A DNA stretch of 64,000 bases, taken from assembly GCA_015999875.1 (NCBI GenBank), contig JAECRG010000001.1:171330-235329 (forward strand). Direction: 5' to 3'. A program made the translations under genes and the position numbers. Shown piece after piece: positions 1 to 7,668 of this stretch. Every line of letters begins with the position of its first letter. The stretch's first letter is position 1. Under the pieces are notes generated by a model. That model did no database searches and had not been told where the DNA came from. It saw nothing but the letters and a program-made list of their open reading frames with translations. The DNA comes from Candidatus Saccharimonadota bacterium (lineage in GTDB: Bacteria > Patescibacteriota > Saccharimonadia > Saccharimonadales > Saccharimonadaceae).

Positions 1-144
1 GTAGCGCTCATAGCCACAGGGTACTTCAGTGCAAAAGTTGGCGAGGCACACAAACTCAAGGCTATTGTCCGTATCGTAATAGGCGGTGCGCTCGCCATGC
101 TACTTACCTATGGAATCGGCACCCTGTTCGGCACAGCTATTTAA
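1..144 (+). CDS. VIT1/CCC1-family membrane protein, C-terminal fragment (5' end outside window)
   Basis: Frame 1 is open from base 1 to TAA at 142-144. It translates to ...KAIVRIVIGGALAMLLTYGIGTLFGTAI, a Gly/Ala-rich terminal TM helix resembling VIT-family C-termini. The family call rests on motif memory only. Confidence 0.4.
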   Translation, partial: VALIATGYFSAKVGEAHKLKAIVRIVIGGALAMLLTYGIGTLFGTAI

Positions 145-150
145 CAAGTA

Positions 151-179
151 TTGCTTTTATTATATATTTATGCTATAAT
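151..179 (+). promoter_or_regulatory. sigma70-type promoter for ORF 189..554 (TTGCTT-N17-TATAAT, TGC extended -10)
   Basis: TTGCTT is at 151-156 and TGCTATAAT at 171-179. The -10 ends 9 nt before ATG 189 and no SD lies between them. Confidence 0.5.
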
Positions 180-188
180 ATTAGTATA

Positions 189-554
189 ATGAGCAATATT
201 CGAGAGATACCCACGGCGCTTACAAGAGAACATAATCTCCAGAGCGCATATAACGCAAAGATTGAGGATATATTTTCAACATTCAATGCCCGCTACCCAG
301 ACTATCAATCCCAAGCAGAAATCGTACGTGACAATATACTCTTCAACCTTGCTGACTACGTCAATGAATTCTCGGTAGAAGAAATTGAAGAAATCGCGCA
401 GACTGCATTAAACCAAGTGCTCGAAGGTAACCAACCGGAGCACAACGACAGCATTGAATCCTTTGCAAGCGATCACTCCACAGACAAAAGCGTTGAACTT
501 GGAAAAATTGCAGCGTCCGAGTCAACCAAAAATGTCATACCCCTATTTAGATAG
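189..554 (+). CDS. hypothetical acidic protein (121 aa)
   Basis: Intact ORF directly downstream of a canonical promoter. I recognised no motif. Confidence 0.5.
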   Translation: MSNIREIPTALTREHNLQSAYNAKIEDIFSTFNARYPDYQSQAEIVRDNILFNLADYVNEFSVEEIEEIAQTALNQVLEGNQPEHNDSIESFASDHSTDKSVELGKIAASESTKNVIPLFR

Positions 555-560
555 CTAGAG

Positions 561-1157
561 CTACGCTGCGGCGATTACTTCGTCGATGATACCGTATTTA
601 GCAGCCTCTTCGGCGCTCATCCAGAAATCACGATCAACATCTTTTTCGATTTTGCTTAGCTTTTGGCCAGTGTTCTTGGCCAGAATCTCATTGAGCATCT
701 TTTTGAGAAAAATGCCTTCGCGCAAAGTAATCTCTTGATCAGTAATTTTTCCCTGCGTGCCACTTGACGGCTGGTGAATCATGATTCGGCTACTTGGAAG
801 TGCAACACGTTTACCTTTTGTGCCACTACTAAGCAGAAAAGCTCCCATACTTGCCTGCAGACCAATACCGATAGTTTGCACATCCGGCTTAATGTACTGA
901 ATAGTATCATAGATAGCGAGACCGTCGTATACGCTACCGCCAGGACTATTGATATACAGCTTGATATCTTTGTCCGGGTCGGTGTACGCCAGATGGAGCA
1001 GCTGAGCAACGACGAGATTGGCAGTGTGCTCGTTTACATCTTCACCGAGGAAAATTACACGCTCGTTGAGAAGGCGCGAATAAATATCGAAGGCTCGCTC
1101 ACCGTCTTGGGTTTTTTCTATAACAGTTGGAACTAGGTAGCTTGTTGGCTTATTCAT
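561..1157 (-). CDS. clpP: ATP-dependent Clp protease proteolytic subunit
   Basis: Motifs seen: [23 protein letters not shown], catalytic Ser context [11 protein letters not shown], and IMIHQP. The start is trimmed from 1193 to ATG 1157 (MNKPTSYL) because the promoter and CIRCE lie inside the longer ORF. Confidence 0.95.
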   Translation of the reverse strand: MNKPTSYLVPTVIEKTQDGERAFDIYSRLLNERVIFLGEDVNEHTANLVVAQLLHLAYTDPDKDIKLYINSPGGSVYDGLAIYDTIQYIKPDVQTIGIGLQASMGAFLLSSGTKGKRVALPSSRIMIHQPSSGTQGKITDQEITLREGIFLKKMLNEILAKNTGQKLSKIEKDVDRDFWMSAEEAAKYGIIDEVIAAA

Positions 1158-1163
1158 ATTACT

Positions 1164-1204
1164 AGTATATAGAAAAACTAGCACTCGCGTCAATAGAGTG
1201 CTAG
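1164..1204 (-). promoter_or_regulatory. clpP promoter with embedded CIRCE-like inverted repeat
   Basis: CTAGCACTC-N9-GAGTGCTAG lies at 1178-1204 (perfect 9-bp arms). On the minus strand the spacer reads TATTGACGC, giving -35 TTGACG (1193-1188), an 18-nt spacer and -10 TATACT (1169-1164). Six nt later is ATG 1157. Confidence 0.7.
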
Positions 1205-1224
1205 TTTGATAGGTGCATTGTACT

Positions 1225-1248
1225 ACAACTCTCGGGCTCCTAGAGTGT
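1225..1248 (+). repeat. hairpin element copy 1 (ACAACTCTCGGGCTCctaGAGTGT)
   Basis: The 15-nt core ACAACTCTCGGGCTC and the GAGTGT arm recur inverted at 1750-1771. The element can form a 6-bp stem with one bulge. Confidence 0.7.
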
Positions 1249-1261
1249 CATAGTACTTCGG

Positions 1262-1465
1262 TCAACCGAGGCTGCCACCGCCAGGTAGCTTGTCGGTAAA
1301 TCTCGAAAAAGACAACACCGACCGGCGACCAGTGGGTGGTTCCTTGCGAAGTAGTTGCGACTTCTCGCTACGCATCACACGATCGCCAAACACTTCATAG
1401 GCGAACTGATGCGCCGTCGCCAGCACAAGCTTCAAAGATGTTTTGACGCGATCTAAAGCATTCAT
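1262..1465 (-). CDS. small hypothetical protein (67 aa), cassette 1
   Basis: AGGAGG lies 6 nt upstream of ATG 1465. The C-terminus SVLSFSRFTDKLPGGG is paralogous to AVLSGFAEKLPKGG of ORF 1871..2260. Confidence 0.4.
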   Translation of the reverse strand: MNALDRVKTSLKLVLATAHQFAYEVFGDRVMRSEKSQLLRKEPPTGRRSVLSFSRFTDKLPGGGSLG

Positions 1466-1604
1466 CTGCTTCCTCCTGTGCTATCGAAAAGAGCTTGGCC
1501 TGATGACCTGCGAGAGTCTTTGCGACTGTGACCCAGATCACATCGACGTAGTAATATATAGGTAATTCCTCCGGCCACAGTAAACCACAATGTAAATCTT
1601 CCAT
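1395..1604 (-). CDS. possible small ORF (69 aa), cassette 1; overlaps 1262..1465 by 71 nt in another frame
   Basis: Open frame only. The SD is weak and distant. The IYYYVDVIWVTV...GHQ stretch only vaguely resembles RelE/ParE C-terminal strands. It may be a remnant. Confidence 0.15.
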   Translation of the reverse strand: MEDLHCGLLWPEELPIYYYVDVIWVTVAKTLAGHQAKLFSIAQEEADECFRSRQNIFEACAGDGASVRL

Positions 1605-1701
1605 ACAAATCCAAGGTTCAGCCTCTTTTCGTCTTAGTATCTTCTGTCACGTCCTACACAGCCAAGCGCAGGGCATGGGGTGCAAGAGAATGGTCATACA
1701 C

Positions 1702-1719
1702 AAAAAACCGCCAATGGCG
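1702..1719 (-). terminator. weak hairpin plus T6 tract (minus strand)
   Basis: The minus strand reads CGCCATTGGCGGTTTTTTG. The stem is only 4 GC pairs, so this is a borderline terminator or attenuator. Confidence 0.3.
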
Positions 1720-1749
1720 ATTACGATCTTCCTCACATCTCCTTAATGT

Positions 1750-1771
1750 ACACTCCGAGCCCGAGAGTTGT
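1750..1771 (-). repeat. hairpin element copy 2 (inverted copy of 1225-1248)
   Basis: The plus strand reads ACACTCcGAGCCCGAGAGTTGT. Its reverse complement shares 15/15 nt plus the 6-nt arm with copy 1. Confidence 0.7.
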
Positions 1772-1777
1772 GTGATT

Positions 1778-1786
1778 ACTATAACA
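1778..1786 (-). promoter_or_regulatory. extended -10 (TGTTATAGT) reading into hairpin copy 2
   Basis: The minus strand reads TGTTATAGT. The predicted TSS is near 1771, the outer edge of hairpin copy 2. Confidence 0.35.
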
Positions 1787-1794
1787 GATTTACA

Positions 1795-1823
1795 GAGAAA
1801 TAAAATAGCCCTCAAGCGAGGGT
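1795..1823 (-). terminator. rho-independent terminator after ORF 1871..2260
   Basis: The minus strand reads ACCCTCGCTTGAGGGCTATTTTATTTCTC: a GC stem CCCTC/GAGGG followed by a T-rich tail. Confidence 0.6.
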
Positions 1824-1839
1824 ATTTCATAATTTCAGG

Positions 1840-1870
1840 GATTGTAGCTCTCGGCTCAGTGAGTACAATC
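1840..1870 (+). repeat. hairpin element copy 3 (GATTGTAgCTCtcggctcagtGAGTACAATC)
   Basis: A 10-bp stem with one bulge abuts the stop codon at 1871. It shares the 12-mer GCTCTCGGCTCA with the inverted copy at 2282-2293. Confidence 0.7.
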
Positions 1871-2260
1871 CTAACTTCCAAACACAGACCCACACAGGAA
1901 ATAGTTCGCCGTGTCACCCGTAGAGATAGATCTAGCCAGATCTAACTGATCCCTCTCTTCTTGTAGTTCAAGCACGTATCGTGCCTGAAGTCGCTGGATA
2001 CCTGAAAATGGGTTTGGCCAGGTTACGGGAGGCAGCCCCGAACCGCGGCTCACGCCACTCAGGGTTGCCGCTCCTGCAGCGATAGCCACACCTGCTGCCG
2101 CACTTGCTGCGGCAATATACTTGCGTTGCATGCTCATACCACCTTTCGGTAATTTTTCGGCAAACCCGCTCAATACTGCTGCGCATTCACCCGCACTCGC
2201 TAATTCGTCTACGCAAATTGCCACACCACCCTGCATATAGGGTCGCAGGCATGGTGCCAT
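1871..2260 (-). CDS. small hypothetical protein with central Ala/Gly-rich hydrophobic segment (129 aa; alternative start 2137 gives 88 aa), cassette 2
   Basis: AGAGGA lies 8 nt upstream of ATG 2260, and AAAGGTGG lies upstream of ATG 2137. The N-terminal AVLSGFAEKLPKGG is paralogous to the end of ORF 1262..1465, which supports the longer form. Confidence 0.45.
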   Translation of the reverse strand: MAPCLRPYMQGGVAICVDELASAGECAAVLSGFAEKLPKGGMSMQRKYIAAASAAAGVAIAAGAATLSGVSRGSGLPPVTWPNPFSGIQRLQARYVLELQEERDQLDLARSISTGDTANYFLCGSVFGS

Positions 2261-2269
2261 ACTTCAGTC

Positions 2270-2295
2270 CTCTCTCAATCTTGAGCCGAGAGCAC
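2270..2295 (-). repeat. hairpin element copy 4 (inverted copy of 1840-1870 core)
   Basis: CTCTC (2272-2276) pairs with GAGAG (2288-2292). In the minus-strand RNA the 3' arm GAGAG is part of the SD (GAGAGAGGA) of ORF 1871..2260. Confidence 0.65.
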
Positions 2296-2310
2296 GCTAT
2301 AACTATACAA

Positions 2311-3594
2311 TTATTTACTATTTAATTCAACGAGTTTGTCAATAGTTTTGTCAGTCAGAAGACGATTTGCGATATCACGCTGTGCTTCCGGAGACTTGAG
2401 TTGTTTGCGCAAATCATCTGACGGATACTGCTGCCCCAGCAGATTCATGCGCTCAAGCAGCTCTTCTTGTGTCGCTTCCACCTTGAGAACTTTGCTCAGT
2501 TCAGCAAGCACGAGACCTGCTCGCACGCGATTATCTGCAGCATCTTTAACTTCGCTCGCAATCCATGCATCTTTGTCTTTGAAGTCTTTTTCTGCGAGGT
2601 ACATGTCAAGCGTAAGTCCGCGTTGCATGAGATTCTGCACCATATCTTGCTCGATAGAACGCATTTGATCTTGCGCCAAGATTTCCGGCACAGGCACTTC
2701 GCTCTTCTCTACAAGCTCTGATACAAGTGCATCTTTAAGCTTGTCATCTGCTTCTTGTTGCTTTTGACGAGTAATCTCTGTTTTGATGTCATCTTCAAGC
2801 TCCTTGACTGTCTTGAATGGACCAGCTTTTGCAGCAAGCTCATCGGTCAATTCTGGCTCTACAACCTCTTTGACCTCGTTAAGCTTCACAGAGAAAACAA
2901 CCTTTGCTCCCTTGAGATCTTCTACATGGTAGTGATCCGGAAATGCAAGATCTAGATCAAACTCATCACCCGCCTTGTGACCAATAATACCGTCTTCAAA
3001 GCCTGGGATAAAGCTATCGCTACCAAGTACGATATCATAGCCTTCTGCTGTACCGCCGTCAAACGCAACACCGTCTTTTTTACCGACGAAGTTGATGTTT
3101 ACCTCATCGCCCTTCTTAGCTTTGCGCTCAGCTGGCTTTTTCTCTGCGTATCCTTTTTTGATACGATCAAGGATTTCATCGACGTCTTTTTTAGTGACGC
3201 TCACTTTTTCTGCTTTTGCGCTAAGCTTCTTGTAATCACCGAGGGTGATTTTTGGCAAAATCTCTGCTATAGCGACAAACTCGAGTTCGCTACCAGGCAC
3301 GAATTTCTTTACGTCAACTTCTGGACGATCAAGTGCCTGTACGCCAGATTCTGTAAATGCGTCAGCGACCGCTTTGCTCAGTGCGTTCTCAAGCGTGTGC
3401 TGGGCAAGGTCATTTGGATCAACATGTTTTGCCGCAACGCTCGCAGGCGCCTTACCCTTGCGGAAGCCGGGGACCTTAATATCCTGTGCAACTTTAGCAA
3501 GCGCTACTAGCTCGGCGTTTTTGAGCTCTTCGGCACCAACTGTAATTGTAAGTTCAACTTTTGTCTCTGATAAATGTTTCGTGGATTGTTTCAT
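2311..3594 (-). CDS. tig: trigger factor
   Basis: 427 aa. The N-terminal ribosome-binding signature GFRKGKAP and a central FKBP-like region are present. It sits in the classic position upstream of clpP. Confidence 0.95.
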   Translation of the reverse strand: MKQSTKHLSETKVELTITVGAEELKNAELVALAKVAQDIKVPGFRKGKAPASVAAKHVDPNDLAQHTLENALSKAVADAFTESGVQALDRPEVDVKKFVPGSELEFVAIAEILPKITLGDYKKLSAKAEKVSVTKKDVDEILDRIKKGYAEKKPAERKAKKGDEVNINFVGKKDGVAFDGGTAEGYDIVLGSDSFIPGFEDGIIGHKAGDEFDLDLAFPDHYHVEDLKGAKVVFSVKLNEVKEVVEPELTDELAAKAGPFKTVKELEDDIKTEITRQKQQEADDKLKDALVSELVEKSEVPVPEILAQDQMRSIEQDMVQNLMQRGLTLDMYLAEKDFKDKDAWIASEVKDAADNRVRAGLVLAELSKVLKVEATQEELLERMNLLGQQYPSDDLRKQLKSPEAQRDIANRLLTDKTIDKLVELNSK

Positions 3595-3603
3595 ACTGTT
3601 ACC

Positions 3604-3609
3604 AGTATA
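3604..3609 (-). promoter_or_regulatory. -10 box TATACT, 9 nt upstream of tig ATG
   Basis: The minus strand reads TTCACA-N16-TATACT-GGTAACAGT-ATG. Confidence 0.4.
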
Positions 3610-3655
3610 TCAGCTTCCACCACCGTGTGAAAACGTAAGTAGTTACCAGAAAAAT

Positions 3656-5179
3656 CTAGCTGACATATCCATAGCCAGATTTTTTGACATTATATGCCCG
3701 ATGGCTACGCTTCCGCAGGCTTAGTGTGTCCTCTGCGTCAAACTTACGCGTAGCAACCCCTCGTGAACTATCCGTCACGACTTGCGTCATATTAATCTCC
3801 ACACCCAGCGCTACACACGCGTAGATATCAAGCACTTTGTCGTGCAGCACAGGGTCTTGACTAGCTTCCACGTTCACATATTTCGCTGCAAAACCTGTAA
3901 TCCGAGAGAACACTTCTGTAATATTCTCATCCGTATCTTTGAGAATTTCTTGCGGATAAGCACCCGGGGGCAAAGCACTGTTTTCTAAATGAGTCAGCAT
4001 GTTCGCCAGTTTCACTACAGATGCCCTCTTTATCGAGAGGTCTCCATAGCGAGATTGACCCCCTCCATCCTGAGTTAATGCATCGCGCAACTTGCGCGCA
4101 TTCGCATTATTTGCACCCTCTGAGTCGGCAAGCATTTCCATGGTATTTGCGAATAGTTGCGTCAGACCATCGATCGCCTGTGCACTGTCGCGCTTTCGAG
4201 ACCCAGGGGCGTCTGCTTCATGCTCACGCACCATTTCGGCATATACACGCAGCCCTCTGTAATAAGACCCTGGAAGATCTGCCGAGGAATTCACAAAATA
4301 CTTTGCAATATTATCTACAGTCGGCTCAGGAAGTGCAGCCTTGTGGTCATACATATTCATCCTTGACCTAAAATATGCAAAATCATCACATGTTTCACGC
4401 GTAAATTCACCGCCGAGCTGATAGATTCCAAAATCACCTAAATTCACCTTGTGGCTTACCCGTGTACCGTACATAATCTTCTTTACTGTCTCAGAGGCGC
4501 CAACCTCACCGTTATTTATCCCGACCCACAGTGCGGCTGCTGCATCTATATCTTCAGCGCTGTTATCCGCACATCGTAGCACAGATTCTGCCACTAAGCC
4601 TGCTATATAGGCCCTATCTTTCATATCAGATGATTCTGCCAGTCCATACTCGTCCAGTTCGGATAATACCGCGACGCGATGCCAGGCATCCATCTCTTCC
4701 TGCGTTCGTGCAGATTTCAGACCCTGTACGAAAAATCTATTTGGAGCAGACTGATCTACAGCTTCTTGTGCAGTGGCAATACGCGCCGTCAACCCCTCGC
4801 GCGTCTTTTGGTACTCACTCCAGTAGTCGTTGACGTCTCCGCCAGTTCTCCATAGCGGCTGCTGCGAGTTATCATACCCACTTTTCTTTAGCCATGTGCC
4901 ATACCCCATACTCTCGAATTCCGATAGATTACTCTGTGCAATATCAAGATCTCGCGGCAACATTCGCATTGCCTCACGCTGAGCCTCACTATCCATATGC
5001 TCACCTACCAACGCCCCTAGCACCTGTTCATCGGTCGCATCAACTGATAAATTACAGATACGCGCAAATGCATGCGCAATGGCAGGCTCTATGTCATCCA
5101 TCTCATTCAAAGATTCTTTGCTTGCCTTGCGATACTGATCACTACTGTGTCTCGGCTCTTGCGTATTTTTCATTTTCAT
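3656..5179 (-). CDS. hypothetical protein (507 aa), no recognisable domain, no signal peptide or TM
   Basis: Long intact ORF with its own canonical promoter. I recognised no catalytic motif. Confidence 0.7.
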   Translation of the reverse strand: MKMKNTQEPRHSSDQYRKASKESLNEMDDIEPAIAHAFARICNLSVDATDEQVLGALVGEHMDSEAQREAMRMLPRDLDIAQSNLSEFESMGYGTWLKKSGYDNSQQPLWRTGGDVNDYWSEYQKTREGLTARIATAQEAVDQSAPNRFFVQGLKSARTQEEMDAWHRVAVLSELDEYGLAESSDMKDRAYIAGLVAESVLRCADNSAEDIDAAAALWVGINNGEVGASETVKKIMYGTRVSHKVNLGDFGIYQLGGEFTRETCDDFAYFRSRMNMYDHKAALPEPTVDNIAKYFVNSSADLPGSYYRGLRVYAEMVREHEADAPGSRKRDSAQAIDGLTQLFANTMEMLADSEGANNANARKLRDALTQDGGGQSRYGDLSIKRASVVKLANMLTHLENSALPPGAYPQEILKDTDENITEVFSRITGFAAKYVNVEASQDPVLHDKVLDIYACVALGVEINMTQVVTDSSRGVATRKFDAEDTLSLRKRSHRAYNVKKSGYGYVS

Positions 5180-5186
5180 AAGAAAT

Positions 5187-5215
5187 ATTATACTATAATA
5201 ATAACATTAAGTCAA
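5187..5215 (-). promoter_or_regulatory. promoter TTGACT-N17-TATAAT, 7 nt from ATG 5179
   Basis: The minus strand reads TTGACTTAATGTTATTATTATAGTATAATATTTCTTATG. There is no SD, so the geometry is leaderless. Confidence 0.65.
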
Positions 5216-5241
5216 TATAGCTGTTCTTTGCTAAAACGCAA

Positions 5242-6588
5242 TTACTCTACAAATAGTGCATCAATTTCATCAAGTATGCCGCGATTACGATAGTCTTTGA
5301 CGCGTGTCACTATACGCTCAAGACTAAGCTTTTCTTCTGATTCCGAGGCGACATCCTTGAAGGTGTAGAGTTCGTTTTTGAGCTCTTCGTCGCCGACAAA
5401 CACCATAAATGGCACATGTTTTTTGAGCACGGCTTTGATCTGCTTATCGATCTTGCGACCAGATATGTCTACCTCCACGTTCACACCTTCTTCGCGTAGA
5501 CGGCGCGCAAACACCAATGCGCCATCGACATTATCATCGCCGGGCACGACCACACAGATATCCGTAGTTGAGACAAGCTCCGGCAAAAGCTTGTGTGATT
5601 CGAGAAATAGTAACATAGGAGTGAGGCCAGGTGCCATGCCAACTGTCGGCACAGGCTCTACACCGAACAGGCCTACCAAACCGTCGTAGCGTCCGCCACC
5701 AAACATCGAGCGGTTGTTGTCAGGGTGCATATCAAATACCTCAAATACTGTACCTGTGTAGTAGTCAAGCCCCCTCATAAGAGTGATGTCGAACAGAGCG
5801 TTATTTACACCTGCTGTCTTGAGCAGAGTAAACAACTCCTGCACTTCCTGTACGGCGTCACTGTCGCGCAGTTCTTCTGGTAGATCGGCCATAGATTTAG
5901 CAGTAATCAACTTAGCGATCTTGGCACTACCCTCGCCCGCTCGCTCTTCGCCAAAGATATCTATCACCTGGTCACGAAACGCCTCAGCAGGGATTTTGTT
6001 TTTGCGATCGAACAACTTCACCATCAGATGTGATTGCACCGCATCGAGGCCTAAGTATTGACTCATCATATAATTGATAAGTTTGCGGTTGTTGATTCGT
6101 ATCGCAAACATTTCGTCGCTCGCACCAAACGCGCGTACGATCTCGTAAGCCATAGCAATAATCTCTGCTTCTGCCCGTACGCCGTCTACTCCAAAAATAT
6201 CGGTATTGAGCTGCCAGAATTCACGCTCACGACCACGTTGTGGACGCTCGTAACGCATAAAGTTAGCAATGCTATAAAGACGCGCTGGATAGCCGAGCTC
6301 TTGACGCTGCGCGGCAACCATACGGCTAATACTTGGTGTCATCTCTGGTCGTATAGCCACCACACGGTCGCCTCGATCGGTAAAAGTATATGTCTGCTCG
6401 CTTGCAAGCTCTTGACCGCTTTTGGCAGTATAAAGCTCGAGAGGCTCTAAGATAGGCGCAGCATACTCTTCATAACCGTGCTGTCGCGCTACACGGTGCC
6501 ATGTATCAAATATATAGTTACGTACCCGCATGTCTGCTGGATAGAAATCTCGTGTGCCCTTGTAGGCTTGTGTACTAAGTGAGCTCAT
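5242..6588 (-). CDS. hisS: histidine--tRNA ligase
   Basis: Motifs seen: KGTRDFYP, FRYERPQRGREREFWQ and GGGRYD. The ORF extends to 6606. The start is set at the second Met (MSSLSTQAYKG, 6588); 6606 remains possible. Confidence 0.9.
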   Translation of the reverse strand: MSSLSTQAYKGTRDFYPADMRVRNYIFDTWHRVARQHGYEEYAAPILEPLELYTAKSGQELASEQTYTFTDRGDRVVAIRPEMTPSISRMVAAQRQELGYPARLYSIANFMRYERPQRGREREFWQLNTDIFGVDGVRAEAEIIAMAYEIVRAFGASDEMFAIRINNRKLINYMMSQYLGLDAVQSHLMVKLFDRKNKIPAEAFRDQVIDIFGEERAGEGSAKIAKLITAKSMADLPEELRDSDAVQEVQELFTLLKTAGVNNALFDITLMRGLDYYTGTVFEVFDMHPDNNRSMFGGGRYDGLVGLFGVEPVPTVGMAPGLTPMLLFLESHKLLPELVSTTDICVVVPGDDNVDGALVFARRLREEGVNVEVDISGRKIDKQIKAVLKKHVPFMVFVGDEELKNELYTFKDVASESEEKLSLERIVTRVKDYRNRGILDEIDALFVE

Positions 6589-6639
6589 TTGCCATAATCC
6601 TATCATCTTTATCTGTTATTTGCAAGGTTAAGCGTCGTT

Positions 6640-7668
6640 TTACTCGACAGCCAAGGTTGTCTGTACAGCATCGCTCTGACCGTGCACATTGGTAAAATTT
6701 TCATTCTTTCGACGAGCTGTAACTTGTGCGCCCATGAGGCCATACCTACCTGCGTATATACTTACGCGGCTCGCCCATTCACCCCCTATGCCAAAATCAT
6801 CAGATAGAACCTCAAATTTCTCCTGAAACATATAGCCGTCCGGTAACCGCAGTGCTCCATTTGGCGTAGTAGCGGCAATCCCTACGCTCCCACTACCTTT
6901 GAGCGGCTTGGCGATTATAACTGCATCTTCACGAAGATCGGGCATATCTTCACGCGTATATTCTCGCGGCAAGTATTTCGGAAAGTCTATCTTGTCGCCG
7001 CTCACTAACATACCCAGATTGGTTTTGTCAGCCAAACCTACAAGCGACCCCCATAGTGGATTACGCTCTTTGTCCCATCCGTTTTTATTTATCCCTCTTC
7101 GTACAGAAGCTACATCATTAAATGCACTGAGCTGCGTTGCATTCTCGTCATATTCAATACCCGCTTCAGCAAGCGAGTCGATCAGAAAGTTTAGTTCTGA
7201 TTCATATTCAGATTTAACAGATGGGATCGTCAAAGCAATCTTTTTTTCGTCTACAGGCAACGATTGGCGTATTGCATCTAGTACGCCGCCTGGCACTGCA
7301 TAGCCTTGCTCGCTCCATATCTCGGTCAATGCCACCGTCTCACCCAGCGATATAGCCGTTATAGGATCTATCTCAACGATCCTCGGACCAGCTTCCGTCC
7401 TTATTGTGTCTACTCGCATCACGGGGGGCATCGTCAACCCGTCGGGAAACTTTGCAGCAGAGTTTGCAACACTCCGGTTTGAAGCTGGCGAGTCTCTGAT
7501 CATTTCAACCACACCCCCAAGGGCTCTCCACGCGGCAAGCGCCAATTGATTCAATTCCTTTTCCTCGGATGTCGAGATCATTAAGGGCTTTTCGGGCACA
7601 ACGCAGGTCTCTCTAGGAGAATTCATCGTCCATATACCTTTGCTTATATAGCGTTCTCTAGCATTCAC
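6640..7668 (-). CDS. ATP-grasp-like protein of unknown substrate (342 aa)
   Basis: VIIAKPLKGSGSVGI and FTNVHGQSDAV resemble the RimK/GshB-type ATP-grasp nucleotide-binding strands. The GTG start overlaps the TAG stop of the upstream ORF by 1 nt; an alternative start is Met15. Confidence 0.45.
   Translation of the reverse strand: MNARERYISKGIWTMNSPRETCVVPEKPLMISTSEEKELNQLALAAWRALGGVVEMIRDSPASNRSVANSAAKFPDGLTMPPVMRVDTIRTEAGPRIVEIDPITAISLGETVALTEIWSEQGYAVPGGVLDAIRQSLPVDEKKIALTIPSVKSEYESELNFLIDSLAEAGIEYDENATQLSAFNDVASVRRGINKNGWDKERNPLWGSLVGLADKTNLGMLVSGDKIDFPKYLPREYTREDMPDLREDAVIIAKPLKGSGSVGIAATTPNGALRLPDGYMFQEKFEVLSDDFGIGGEWASRVSIYAGRYGLMGAQVTARRKNENFTNVHGQSDAVQTTLAVE

Noticed and set aside
1158-1193. 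Longer N-terminal extensions offered by the ORF track (clpP to 1193, nusA to 30784, rnhB to 39021, PspC to 11404, gatC to 52512, GNAT from 33975, LPXTG to 9503)
   Set aside because: The extensions overlap promoters, operators or the neighbouring gene (rplS). The family N-termini begin at the internal Met, which is preceded by an SD or a -10 box.
1441-1480. The minus-strand AGGAGGAAGCAG resembles the GGAAGCAG core of SRP RNA domain IV
   Set aside because: I found no flanking complementary helix or tetraloop context. The motif sits 6 nt upstream of an ATG and is better explained as an SD.
1654-1917. 87-aa minus-strand ORF in the tig-clpP spacer
   Set aside because: The Cys/Arg-rich translation runs straight through a terminator, a promoter-like box and hairpin copy 2, and it has no usable SD. 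It is more likely a chance frame.
2977-3510. Long antisense ORFs inside well-supported genes (this one in tig; also 27929-28474 in clpC, 30131-30661 and 30558-31145 across nusA, 60788-61282 in transketolase, and 62151-62684 in rpe)
   Set aside because: Each mirrors a confidently identified gene, has low-complexity or Cys/Arg/Ser-rich composition and has no start signals. These are typical shadow ORFs.
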